IMG/VR virus record: IMGVR_UViG_3300034093_002316 | Coordinates: 3,930 to 67,929 of that record | Strand: one strand, 5' to 3' | DNA from: a virus | DNA: 64,000 nt | Shown: piece after piece, positions 1-10,180 of the stretch | How the letters are laid out: every line of letters begins with the position of its first letter | How positions within the stretch are numbered: position 1 is the first letter of the stretch | The notes under the pieces: model-generated | What the model saw: only the letters and a program-made list of their open reading frames with translations | The model's database searches: none | What the model was told of the DNA's origin: nothing | Made by a program: the position numbers and the translations under genes

Positions 1-158
1 TCTCGAGCTGTAAGTAATACTAAATTAGTTTTATCATTGCTTCCACTTAAACATTTAGGAATAATATGATGGCGTTCAAAATATATTCCGCGACCTTTTT
101 TACGATTCTCAGATTGAGATCGATCAATTAACTGATTGTATATTTTTTTATAATTCAT
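1..158 (-). CDS. HNH homing endonuclease (N-terminal part; runs off window edge)
   Basis: Manual translation MNYKKIYNQLIDRSQSENRKKGRGIYFERHHIIPKCLSGSNDKTNLVLLTARE; the HHIIPKC..G.N...NLV.LTARE motif is typical of T4 Mob-type HNH nucleases. Confidence 0.85.
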   Translation of the reverse strand, partial: MNYKKIYNQLIDRSQSENRKKGRGIYFERHHIIPKCLSGSNDKTNLVLLTAR

Positions 159-165
159 TACTAAA

Positions 166-2661
166 TCATCGTGCGTATTTTAATACTCCTAATATTTGAT
201 TTACCGGTGCAAATGCTCCCGTCATCTTGTACGTATTACCTTGATACGTAAATACAACGCCTTCTGCAGGAACGATTGCATCAAATCCTCCTAATTTTTG
301 AATTCTTTGAAGTTCTAATTTCAGTTTATCTAACGTAGCTTGATTTGGAGATGATTGTAGTTCCCCAATCAATTGATTCATTTCTGCTTTGATTGTCTGT
401 ACGGTTTGATTTGGATTTGCTGCTAAGAAATTAGATGCATTTTGCAAAACCAATACTCCTAATCTTAAAAAGATAGATTCAAATGGTTCTAAATTTTGTT
501 TTTTATACTTTTTAAAATCAGATTTATCAAATTCAGTTACCCAATTTTGAAACTCCGGATTATCAATTTGTTTCTTAAGCATTGCAATATTAGTAGATTT
601 ATCATCAAATGCCCAACGATACATCAATTTTTCTAAAATGTCATTCGGAATTGCATATCCCAACTGTTGTGCTTTGCTTTGTATTACATCTCTCCACCAT
701 GCTTTATGATAATCACTTAACAAATCCGTTTCTTTTAAACCGTAACGTTTTTGTAATTGATCTATTTCATTAAAAAATGCAGCTTGTTGGTCTTCGAAGT
801 CGTAAACTCGTCCTAATTTAATTCGTTGTGGAGGAATAAATGAAAATGTGTTTTGCATGTGCGCATTTGCATCTTGTATAACCGATTGCATTAATGTTCC
901 TCCAGTTAAGTCAGTTTCTACAACATTTCCTTTTTCATCATATTCAACTAAATTATGAAATTGTAAATGTGCTTTATCATATGCAATTACGTTACGAGTT
1001 GCTGGATAAATAATTTCCATGTTTGCAAATACTCGTCCGTTTTTAAATATTTGATTTAGTTTTTGCGTATCAATTTTATTTAAAGATTCAGTTAAATCTT
1101 CCGCACATGCACGATACGCATCTACTACTAATTTATATCCTGCAGATGCTTCAGCGCCATTTTTTTCTATAGACTCTCGATACTTACGTTCAAAATCCGC
1201 AACCAATTGTTCCGGAGTCATTGGATTAATTATAGTACCTTTATTACGTGCAAATCCTGGCTGTCCGTCTTTCCAAGTTACAAATATATTTTGTCCATCA
1301 GTTTTTTCAGTTACAGCTTGTTCAATATCTAAACGTCCTGCTAATGCACGTGATACAATTTCTCGTACATCATTAAAAGATAATCCATGATCGTCCCATG
1401 GATGTGCCATATGTCCTGCCGCACCGCCTTCGGTTAAAACGTTTCCGGTACTCATTGCAGATTCTATTCTATATATAATATCTTCTGGATTGTTTGATTG
1501 CCAACGTTTTCTTTGTTTTTTGATAGTTCTAGGAATCAATTCAATCATTTTTTTACCAGGATTCCATTGCAACATGAACGGCATATGAATTGGAATATCA
1601 AATTGATAATCAGATCCGACAGCCGTTGGTCGTTCTAAATCCAATTGTCTTGCAATTTTATCTCCATACTCGTTAGCTAAATCTTCAAAAAAGTCCTTAA
1701 GTTCATCCGTATATATTGGAGCTTCATTTCTAGGATCATTTAGTCTATCAATAAAATGTGTAAATTTACCTTGAAAGTCTACATCAATATTGTATTGTTT
1801 GAAAAAATTATCTACTGCGGTTTCGATTGACGATAATTCTTGTCGAGTAATATAATTTTCTTTGATAATATTTTCTATTAATTTAGCGCCAACTACAGTT
1901 TTTTGAAAATCATCAAAATCATATACAAAATCTCGTCCGCGATGTTTATCTAAAAACGAACGTAATTTTTTTATTTTAGTAGCATGGCGTTCTTTTTCGC
2001 GAGGAAACATCATAGATTCCAAAACATCATCAACATCTTCTTGTAAAGTCTTAATCCACCATTCTTTAGTAAATAAAGATTCTTGTAAACCTAATACAGT
2101 CTGCCATGCATTTTTTACTTTAGCATCATCATATTGCGGATATGATTGTCTAAATTGTTCGTATGAATTATTAGCAATCGCATTTCTAACTGCAGTTGCT
2201 GATATTGGATCTCCGTTAGAATTGGTTAATGGATCTACATTGATATTTAATTCTACAGCATCAACGCTACGTGGTATAGTACGGCCTTTTTTATCGCCTA
2301 TAGTAGCATATTTATCTACATTTGGAATAAAATCTTTTGCACGTACGTAATCATCACCTTTAGTAGATGCCGCCATCGCATAACGTCCTGTCGCATCTTG
2401 TGGTAATGCAAACAAATATTCATATGCAGCCATGATAGGAGAATTAAATTCCGTAGGTTGTATTTCTATGTTTGGATTATCATTTAAAATATTGAATAAT
2501 TCTATGGTTTTTTCTCTGGTAATTCCATCTCGTTCTTTAGGACCGATTAAAAGTATTACTCGATCTACTTGTGGATCTGCCACATACCGATTGGCTAATT
2601 CTAAATGTGCTCCAGTTAATGGTTTAAATCCTCCAGGAAAAAGTACTGTTATTTTATTCAT
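166..2661 (-). CDS. Multidomain protein: N-terminal cytidylyltransferase-like domain plus C-terminal ligase-like (KxDG) domain
   Basis: FPGGFKPLTGAH (HIGH-like) and ISATAVR at the N-terminus; GGAAGHMAHP and TEKTDGQNIFVTW in the C-terminal half. Confidence 0.6.
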   Translation of the reverse strand: MNKITVLFPGGFKPLTGAHLELANRYVADPQVDRVILLIGPKERDGITREKTIELFNILNDNPNIEIQPTEFNSPIMAAYEYLFALPQDATGRYAMAASTKGDDYVRAKDFIPNVDKYATIGDKKGRTIPRSVDAVELNINVDPLTNSNGDPISATAVRNAIANNSYEQFRQSYPQYDDAKVKNAWQTVLGLQESLFTKEWWIKTLQEDVDDVLESMMFPREKERHATKIKKLRSFLDKHRGRDFVYDFDDFQKTVVGAKLIENIIKENYITRQELSSIETAVDNFFKQYNIDVDFQGKFTHFIDRLNDPRNEAPIYTDELKDFFEDLANEYGDKIARQLDLERPTAVGSDYQFDIPIHMPFMLQWNPGKKMIELIPRTIKKQRKRWQSNNPEDIIYRIESAMSTGNVLTEGGAAGHMAHPWDDHGLSFNDVREIVSRALAGRLDIEQAVTEKTDGQNIFVTWKDGQPGFARNKGTIINPMTPEQLVADFERKYRESIEKNGAEASAGYKLVVDAYRACAEDLTESLNKIDTQKLNQIFKNGRVFANMEIIYPATRNVIAYDKAHLQFHNLVEYDEKGNVVETDLTGGTLMQSVIQDANAHMQNTFSFIPPQRIKLGRVYDFEDQQAAFFNEIDQLQKRYGLKETDLLSDYHKAWWRDVIQSKAQQLGYAIPNDILEKLMYRWAFDDKSTNIAMLKKQIDNPEFQNWVTEFDKSDFKKYKKQNLEPFESIFLRLGVLVLQNASNFLAANPNQTVQTIKAEMNQLIGELQSSPNQATLDKLKLELQRIQKLGGFDAIVPAEGVVFTYQGNTYKMTGAFAPVNQILGVLKYAR

Positions 2662-2677
2662 GTATGTTTCTTTTTAT

Positions 2678-2685
2678 ATAAATAT
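2678..2685 (-). promoter_or_regulatory. Putative late promoter ATATTTAT (representative copy)
   Basis: Same sense-strand octamer a short distance upstream of starts at 5399, 11392, 13530, 15538, 23968, 26297, 29462, 38539, 41110, 41936 (minus) and 30563, 32647 (plus). Confidence 0.7.
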
Positions 2686-2691
2686 TACATT

Positions 2692-5379
2692 TTATAATAC
2701 TGGACCTCCAGCTGGGGGTTGTGTTGATGCTCCAACAGATCTGCTAGATCGATATACTATATCTTTAATTTTAATCGTCGGATTTACTGTTAATGTTGAT
2801 GAATAATAAACGACAAAATAAATTAAACAATACATACCTTGTCTATCACTTATAGTAGTATTTGAAAAATTTAAATTCAGTACTCCGGATGATATTCTAT
2901 TAGAAGTCGTAGTACCTAGGTTAGTTGTTGATAAAATAGAAAAATTAGAAAATACATCATAATTCGTTGTTAACTGGCTTGATTGATATAAACTTCCTGT
3001 AGCAATATAATGTCTAATTGTTAAATCAGGAATACTACTTCCTCCAGCACTGTTGTCAATTTCAATATTAAATGAACATTGTATACTAGTTTCACCAGGC
3101 AATAAAAATGTATGAAATAAACTACCAGTTATACCATTTATTTCACCATTATCTATAGTTTGTCCTGCAGCAGAATATTCAGAGGTATCGTAATATAGTA
3201 ATCTACCGATATTTAATCCATCTGCATATTCTGCATTTGAATTAAATAATATATTACCATTATTCACTGCAATAAATGATGATGCAGTTACATCGCCATC
3301 TGCAGTTAAATAAAATCCACTTGATGAAATTTCTAAATTACCATTACTTCCGGAAATATATTGAGATGTAGGATCTCCAAAGAAAAATGTTTCGGTATGT
3401 ACATCTAATTCAGATGGAATAGTTGAATAACGAAAATAATTATTAGCATCTCCGTATAATTCTAATCCAACGCCACTATATGGTACGCCTCCTTTAGTAC
3501 CTGTAGATCCAGCTAGTGCAGAACCACTCCATAATAAAAATCCAGGAAATCCTGCAGCAAATCCTTCATATCCTAATGAACGAATAAATCCAGTATTTTT
3601 ATATCCGGATATAGCTACACCCGATTGCAGTGAATCTGCTACATACAAAGAACCGGTAAGCATAGAATAATCGCCATCGATATATCGATTACCGCCTTCC
3701 CAATTTTTATTATAAACATAACTAATTTGTCGACTTTTTTCTCCGTTAACGTTGTAATATTCGGCTTTGAATGTAAGTTGATTATCAGATTTATGTGCCG
3801 TTGGTACTAAGGTTCTTAATCTAGTATAATTAGGAGAATAACCAGAATCGTTGTCCGTTGTGGTTCTAACATCAGCTACTTCCCAAGTTCCAGATTCTAC
3901 TACTAATAACAATGTCCCAACGCCTTCTCTGTCAGTTTCAAAATTAAAAACAACATCATCATATCGTTGAGAATTTTGAGATATCGTTAATTCGCCAAGA
4001 CGTTTACCAAAACGTACGGGAAACTGTTGATTGAAATAGTCCGTTGCATCATAATCAAATGCACTACCGGACATGTATAAAGATAATTTCGCAGTGCTAG
4101 AGCCTGATAAAGCACCTATAGCATCGATAGTAATTTTGTATTCAGAATTTGCAATAAAAATGCCGTTGTATGTAGATTTTATTTTTGCAATGCTTACAGA
4201 ATTTTTTGCAGATATATCTACGTTATTTTGTATTTGCATTGCATTGTTTAATGATGCAGTTGACCAAGTTAATGTCGGTGCTGTTGCTGATATACCATTA
4301 ACATAAGAAACACCTTCCCAATATGTATTAATAACACTTTGTGTTGTAAATGATCCAATGCTAACATCCGGAAATAAAGATGAAGTGTCAGAAACAAATA
4401 TTTCCGTTTCTTCTAATTCAACATCATTTAACAATTCCCATGTACCAACAGTACCGTTGTTGTTCATGAAAACTTTTATTCGAGAAACATCTCCAGTTGC
4501 CGGGTCTAATCCTTTTATTTGCATCAAAGCAAATGATTCAGAATTTTGCGTAGCAACATAAGTAGGAGTAGCTTCGTATGAAATACTATATGCAGATGCA
4601 TCAAAACTAGAATATGTATGTCCCGATATGCTTTGGCTGCTATAAACTGTATATTCTGTATCTAACAATGCTACGGTTGAACTTAATATCTTTTTAATCG
4701 TACTCGAGTACGTAGTTGTAGATGGAGTGTATGCAGGGTTAGGAGCAGGATTTACTGGTGCAGTAACAGTTAAAGTACCAGTAGACATATCATTAGTAAA
4801 TAATCCTCCCGCTAATTCAACAGCTGGTTGACCATTATATGTAAAATACTTAACCGTGCCGGTGTTATACGTAGGAAATTGTCCGCCGGTTCCATATGTT
4901 CTAGCTAATTGAACTCCTACTTGTTCTTGTACAACTAAAGTTGGAGTAGTTTCAAAAATTATTTCTGATATGTTCGATACGTTAGGATTAACTGGTACAC
5001 TTCTGCTCCATTTAACATTAGGTTTACCTTGCCATTCTGCGGGAGCATTAACTGCTTCGCCTATCAATGTTATAGTGCAATTTCCAGGAGACGTTTCATC
5101 ATAAACGTAAATCGCTACAACCCTAGATTTATCGTCATCTATGTAATTGATAACTTCAGAATAAATAGGATTGCCGTTGTAATCTAAAACTTCTATGTTT
5201 AAAAAACTACCAGGACGTAAACTAGTTGGATTTCCTCGTAATTTAAAAAGATTTTTTCCGGAAGTTAATCGCGTAGGAAATTCGGATATTTGAAAATAAT
5301 CCGGAGATGTCGATGATGTATCTTCAAACCAAACCGGAACAAATTGTAAACCTTTATAAACCGCTTCTTTACGTTTCAT
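2692..5379 (-). CDS. Virion structural protein (tail/baseplate-associated)
   Basis: 895 aa, S/T/G-rich beta-type composition with SGS/TGS motifs like the neighbouring tail genes; late-promoter motif upstream. Confidence 0.55.
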   Translation of the reverse strand: MKRKEAVYKGLQFVPVWFEDTSSTSPDYFQISEFPTRLTSGKNLFKLRGNPTSLRPGSFLNIEVLDYNGNPIYSEVINYIDDDKSRVVAIYVYDETSPGNCTITLIGEAVNAPAEWQGKPNVKWSRSVPVNPNVSNISEIIFETTPTLVVQEQVGVQLARTYGTGGQFPTYNTGTVKYFTYNGQPAVELAGGLFTNDMSTGTLTVTAPVNPAPNPAYTPSTTTYSSTIKKILSSTVALLDTEYTVYSSQSISGHTYSSFDASAYSISYEATPTYVATQNSESFALMQIKGLDPATGDVSRIKVFMNNNGTVGTWELLNDVELEETEIFVSDTSSLFPDVSIGSFTTQSVINTYWEGVSYVNGISATAPTLTWSTASLNNAMQIQNNVDISAKNSVSIAKIKSTYNGIFIANSEYKITIDAIGALSGSSTAKLSLYMSGSAFDYDATDYFNQQFPVRFGKRLGELTISQNSQRYDDVVFNFETDREGVGTLLLVVESGTWEVADVRTTTDNDSGYSPNYTRLRTLVPTAHKSDNQLTFKAEYYNVNGEKSRQISYVYNKNWEGGNRYIDGDYSMLTGSLYVADSLQSGVAISGYKNTGFIRSLGYEGFAAGFPGFLLWSGSALAGSTGTKGGVPYSGVGLELYGDANNYFRYSTIPSELDVHTETFFFGDPTSQYISGSNGNLEISSSGFYLTADGDVTASSFIAVNNGNILFNSNAEYADGLNIGRLLYYDTSEYSAAGQTIDNGEINGITGSLFHTFLLPGETSIQCSFNIEIDNSAGGSSIPDLTIRHYIATGSLYQSSQLTTNYDVFSNFSILSTTNLGTTTSNRISSGVLNLNFSNTTISDRQGMYCLIYFVVYYSSTLTVNPTIKIKDIVYRSSRSVGASTQPPAGGPVL

Positions 5380-5405
5380 TGGCTGATATTCTTTTTATAT
5401 AAATA

Positions 5406-8400
5406 TCAGTTGTGACTAATATGGCTGTATCCGTCAGTTTTATTAACTTCTATTAAATTATCAACCATATCTCGCATAGTATCAACGTGAGAAATGATAA
5501 TAGAAAAATCAAATTTACTTCTAAAGTAATCAAACAAATTAACTACTGCAGAAATGTGTTCCGCATCTAAAGAACCCCATCCTTCATCGATTGCAATGAA
5601 ATTAGGACGTGGTAATGCTGAAACATTGATAAGTGCTATTCTAATTGCCAAAGATGAAATAAAACGTTCCATTCCACTTGTTAATTCTAATGGCCAAAAA
5701 TTATCTTCATCATAAATAATATAACCGTTGATGTTTTTACCATCACTTTGAAGCACCATATTAAAATCTACTACTTGATTCAATACATTGTTGATTTCAG
5801 ATTCTATTTTTGGCATAGCTTTTGAAATCAATTCATATGGCACTCCGTCTCTTTTAACCGATTCTAAATAATATTCAAATGCTTTATATTCAGTTTCAAG
5901 TTGTTTGTATGAATCTAATTGAGTCATAGCTAAAGATTTATTAGTTTTAGCTACTTCAATTTTACCATGTTTACTTCGAATTGATTCCGTAATAGTTTTT
6001 ATGTTTTCATTTTCCGTTTCAATTTTAGATTTTAATGCAATGATTTGTGAGTCAACAACATCATTATGTTTAATTGCAGTTTCATTGGCTCTAAATGATT
6101 CTTGACGTTCTAAACAAGTTTCTAATTCCGATTCTCTTGTTTGTAAATCACTTTCTAAAATTTGAAGTTGAAGTTCTTTAACATCTAAACTATTAGACGC
6201 AGTTTCAAGTTTTTGTTTTAATGCAACATATTCTTTGTATTGCATTTCGTGTATTTGTAAATCTTCAATTGAATTTTGTATGTTTTCATATTGTTCGAAT
6301 AAATCATCTAATACTGTTCTATCTTGATTAATCGTATTTTGGGCTTCGATTGCATTTTGAACGAATACGTTAGATGTACAGTATTTACAATTTGAATCGT
6401 ATTCATGTTCGGCAAGGTGATTAATTTTTTCTTGTTTTGCATTGATTACTCCTTTTTGCAATTTAACGTTTTGTTGCATTTCGTCAATTTGTATTTCTAA
6501 AGACCGTAACATATCTACCGCTTGTTGCAACTCTGTTAAATTGTATTGAGATTTGATTTTGCTTTTATTTTCTGTTATGTTTTGTTTTAATTCGAATATT
6601 TCATGTTCTGCCGTTTCAATTTGAGTTTGCAACGTTTCGATGCTATCTGTTAAATTCGATTCTTGTTGTTCTAATATTTTAATATTTGGTCCGGTATATG
6701 TTGTCGGTAATTTAGTTTCAATCAATGATACAATTTCATTTTGATGTGCATTTCTTCGTTCTTGTGCTTCATTTTCTAACGTTTGAAAATCTTCAATTGA
6801 TTGTTGATTTTCTGTGATAATGATGTCGGCATCTAAAATTATTTTAGCAAAATCTGTTTTTTTGTATTCTTTTAATTTACCGGCAGTTTCCTTGATTTCG
6901 TCAGCTCCTAATTGATACAATTGTTCGAACACTGTGATATCTAGGAATTGAGAAAGTAAATCTTTTCGTTCTTTTTGCGATTTTTCAATAAAATTGTTGT
7001 TGTCAGCTTGAAGTGAAAATGCAGTTAAAATAAAATCATCATATGTACCTAAATATCTACGTATGTTTTTATTTGTTTCACTGCGTTCTTCTCCGTTTAA
7101 ATTTTCTGAATCTGTATAAAAATCAACATCTACTTTTACGTGAGTTTCTTTCTTTTTGTTTTTTGTTCCTCGTCGTTCTATGGTATACATAACGCCGTTC
7201 ATTTCAAAACGAAATGTTCCGCGGAACCATGTTTTTTTGTTGTTTAAAACTTCATTTGCTTTGCCAGTTTTGCTACATTTATCAAATATAGTATATGTAA
7301 TTGCATCAAGCAAACTAGATTTACCAGATGTATTTGCAGCAAACAATCCGCACACATCTTGCAAATTTTCAAAATTTATAACATTGCCTTCGCCGTATGA
7401 AAACATGTTATCGAATTCAAATGAAACTGGATGCCATGTTATGTGACGTATAGATTCTACTGCCGGTAATTTTGAATTTACGGTGCGATTGATGTGACGA
7501 ATTGCATCTGTTTCTTCTGCGGTTGCTTGTGGAAAATTAACTGAAATGTAATCAGTAATTAGCGTATTTTGATATTCTACATCTCGTACGTTTCCAATAG
7601 TATAAGATGACGATGAGTCTGTATTAACTATGGCAGTTGATCTTTGTATTGTGATGTCTTGTACATCGTATTTTTTACGAACCGTTGCAATTAATTTTTT
7701 CATATCAGCTGCTGACGTATCTTGAAACTTGATACGTATTCTCGGTTTAGCTGGCATTCGATGCGGTGCATTAATTATTTTAGTACCTCGAACTTCTAAA
7801 GTTATATAACCATAATCATTTTCGATTTCTACAAATTTAGCAGCGCGATCAGGTAAGTCCCATACTAGTATGCCATGGTCTAATGCTTCTCCGTGGTTCT
7901 GCTGGATGAGACTACCAGGATAAGCAATTGTTTTGGCTTCATTTAAAAACTGTGCTGGTTTATGAATATCGCCTAACAACGTAATGTCATGTCCATCGAA
8001 TAAATCAACGCCTACGTGTTCATTTGAAATTTGATACCCGATATCAGTGCGTGCCGTATTAACTGCTCCGTGATGCAATGCAATTTTATACGCAGCTTCG
8101 AATTGATTGGCTCTAATGTATTCGCTAGGTGGAACATCTACTGCCATGTGATTGAAAACGACGTTGGCAATTTCAAACAATCCGTTTTCTTTAACAAAAA
8201 TAATGTTAGGATTTTTTATAACATTGAGAATTGGACTTATAGCATCAACGCGATGCATATTGTTCAAATTCATATCATGATTGCCTAGTATCACTACGGT
8301 TGGAATCGTAAACCCATCGAAAAATTCAACTAACATATCGATAAGTTCCGGAGACATATCCAATTTGCTATGAACGATATCTCCAGTAACTACAGCAATA

Positions 8401-8555
8401 CTATTATCAGTAGCGTGTTGTGCTATGTAGTTAAACATGTTTTGAAACACTTCTCGATATTCTCGATGTCGTTTCAATGTTCGTATATGTACGTCGGAAA
8501 TGTGATAAATTTTATCAATCCACTTTAATCCAATATCATAATGTTTTATGTCCAT
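5406..8555 (-). CDS. Fused SbcD-SbcC (Mre11-Rad50, T4 gp47-gp46-like) recombination nuclease/ATPase
   Basis: Phosphoesterase motifs SDVH, GDIVH, GNHD, LGDIH; Walker A AANTSGKS; coiled coil with CKYC hook; signature TSGMERF; Walker B IAIDEGWGSLD; IISH. Confidence 0.92.
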   Translation of the reverse strand: MDIKHYDIGLKWIDKIYHISDVHIRTLKRHREYREVFQNMFNYIAQHATDNSIAVVTGDIVHSKLDMSPELIDMLVEFFDGFTIPTVVILGNHDMNLNNMHRVDAISPILNVIKNPNIIFVKENGLFEIANVVFNHMAVDVPPSEYIRANQFEAAYKIALHHGAVNTARTDIGYQISNEHVGVDLFDGHDITLLGDIHKPAQFLNEAKTIAYPGSLIQQNHGEALDHGILVWDLPDRAAKFVEIENDYGYITLEVRGTKIINAPHRMPAKPRIRIKFQDTSAADMKKLIATVRKKYDVQDITIQRSTAIVNTDSSSSYTIGNVRDVEYQNTLITDYISVNFPQATAEETDAIRHINRTVNSKLPAVESIRHITWHPVSFEFDNMFSYGEGNVINFENLQDVCGLFAANTSGKSSLLDAITYTIFDKCSKTGKANEVLNNKKTWFRGTFRFEMNGVMYTIERRGTKNKKKETHVKVDVDFYTDSENLNGEERSETNKNIRRYLGTYDDFILTAFSLQADNNNFIEKSQKERKDLLSQFLDITVFEQLYQLGADEIKETAGKLKEYKKTDFAKIILDADIIITENQQSIEDFQTLENEAQERRNAHQNEIVSLIETKLPTTYTGPNIKILEQQESNLTDSIETLQTQIETAEHEIFELKQNITENKSKIKSQYNLTELQQAVDMLRSLEIQIDEMQQNVKLQKGVINAKQEKINHLAEHEYDSNCKYCTSNVFVQNAIEAQNTINQDRTVLDDLFEQYENIQNSIEDLQIHEMQYKEYVALKQKLETASNSLDVKELQLQILESDLQTRESELETCLERQESFRANETAIKHNDVVDSQIIALKSKIETENENIKTITESIRSKHGKIEVAKTNKSLAMTQLDSYKQLETEYKAFEYYLESVKRDGVPYELISKAMPKIESEINNVLNQVVDFNMVLQSDGKNINGYIIYDEDNFWPLELTSGMERFISSLAIRIALINVSALPRPNFIAIDEGWGSLDAEHISAVVNLFDYFRSKFDFSIIISHVDTMRDMVDNLIEVNKTDGYSHISHN

Positions 8556-9490
8556 ATGAGTCCCATTTTTAATTGCATTAAACGTTCAAATGTTAATACA
8601 TCGGTATTTTCAATAATTTCCGTAATGCGTTCGAATCCTAATTCAGCTGCATCTTGATTTTGCAATTCTACGAAATAAACATTTAATCCTTCTGCCATGA
8701 AACGTTCTGCAATACTAATTGCATTCTTCAATGCATCGGCATCCAAACAAATATAAATGTCTCGTACTCGTTCTTGTATGATTTTCTTTTGTAGTGCAGG
8801 TTGTATTATTTTTCCAAATAATGGAATTGCATTTCGTTTTACCGCAATTGCATCAAATGAACCTTCGCATAACACTATCGGCTGTGACCAATTAATTGTT
8901 AAATCAAAACCAATAATGTCTTTAGATACTTTAGGATTTTTATGTTTTTGTGTATCTGCCTTATAAAAAGCACGGCTTACAAAATAATTCAATTGTCCGG
9001 CCGCGTCATAACTAGGTATGATTATCTTACCAGCATATTCTCCAGCTTCGCAATATCCAATTCGATATTTAACTATATCAAAAACAGTAACGTTGCGATT
9101 ATTTAAATAATGTATTGCGTTTTTATAATCCGGAGTATTTTTTTTAATCCATAATGGTTTGTAATCTACCGGTAATTGTACAACATCTGGCTTAGATACG
9201 GTAACTGTAGTTTGTCGGTATTTTGTAGATTCAATTATCCGTTCCAATTGTTCGAAACGTTCTTTGGGAAGATTTAATTGTTTGAATAACGACGCAATGC
9301 TGCGTCCTTTTTTATCAGATATCCAACAGTGCCATGGATTTTCTCCGTTAGAATTTGTGTGAATATCAATTTCTAATTTTGGTTTATAGTGAGAAACAAA
9401 CGGAGAAAAGAATGCGATATTATTACCAGAAGTAGATTTACCTTTACCTAGAATTGATTCTAATAATTGTAATAATTTAATATTCTTCAC
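8546..9490 (-). CDS. DNA primase (DnaG-like TOPRIM)
   Basis: IIIPSYD..GQLNYFVSR, KHKNP, LCEGSFDAIA and CLDADA motifs. Confidence 0.88.
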   Translation of the reverse strand: MKNIKLLQLLESILGKGKSTSGNNIAFFSPFVSHYKPKLEIDIHTNSNGENPWHCWISDKKGRSIASLFKQLNLPKERFEQLERIIESTKYRQTTVTVSKPDVVQLPVDYKPLWIKKNTPDYKNAIHYLNNRNVTVFDIVKYRIGYCEAGEYAGKIIIPSYDAAGQLNYFVSRAFYKADTQKHKNPKVSKDIIGFDLTINWSQPIVLCEGSFDAIAVKRNAIPLFGKIIQPALQKKIIQERVRDIYICLDADALKNAISIAERFMAEGLNVYFVELQNQDAAELGFERITEIIENTDVLTFERLMQLKMGLIWT

Positions 9491-9678
9491 TAATATAATA
9501 TAAATAAAATACTGTATTAATCCAATTATTTATATTAATATATTATAATTAATAATATTGGTTAGACACATACATTACATTTCTGGTCTAACGATCGATT
9601 CAATACTGAATCAATCATTAATTAATATGAAACATTAATTTCATTGAATGTATTAAAAATTTTTCACATTTCAAATCT

Positions 9679-10161
9679 TTACGTAAAAAATTTCTTAACA
9701 TCGATAACTTCTTCTCCGTCACGTAGACATTCCGCGAACCATTCTGCAGGAATTTCTTTTTTTGCAACATGTTTAATTCCTAATTTTGCAGCATATGCTT
9801 CATATGTAGTTTGGCTTCCTTTAGATATTTTTTGAGTAGGAGTTTGAAATACCATGCGAATATCAATTCCAGGATTCGATGCTAATACATGTTTCATTTT
9901 TAAACGATCCGCACTAGTCCATCGTCCTTTAGTTTCAATAAACATTAATTCGCCGTTACGTTTAACGAATACAAAGTCTGGAGTATATTTTGCTTGACGC
10001 TCCGGTACTATGTAATTTAATGTTTCAGTTTCATATTTCAAAGGATAATCAGCTGATTTTATTTGTTCAGCTACAACATGTTCTAATCCTGATTTGTAAC
10101 CGTATTTATATGCAGCAGCTCGTTTTGAACTACCAGCGCTGTGCCAATGATTTTTTGCCAT
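9679..10161 (-). CDS. T7 endonuclease I-like Holliday junction resolvase
   Basis: YKSGLE, YTPDF, IETKGRW, IRMVFQ and IPAEW motifs. Confidence 0.9.
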   Translation of the reverse strand: MAKNHWHSAGSSKRAAAYKYGYKSGLEHVVAEQIKSADYPLKYETETLNYIVPERQAKYTPDFVFVKRNGELMFIETKGRWTSADRLKMKHVLASNPGIDIRMVFQTPTQKISKGSQTTYEAYAAKLGIKHVAKKEIPAEWFAECLRDGEEVIDVKKFFT

Positions 10162-10180
10162 AACTATTATTTTATTTATT

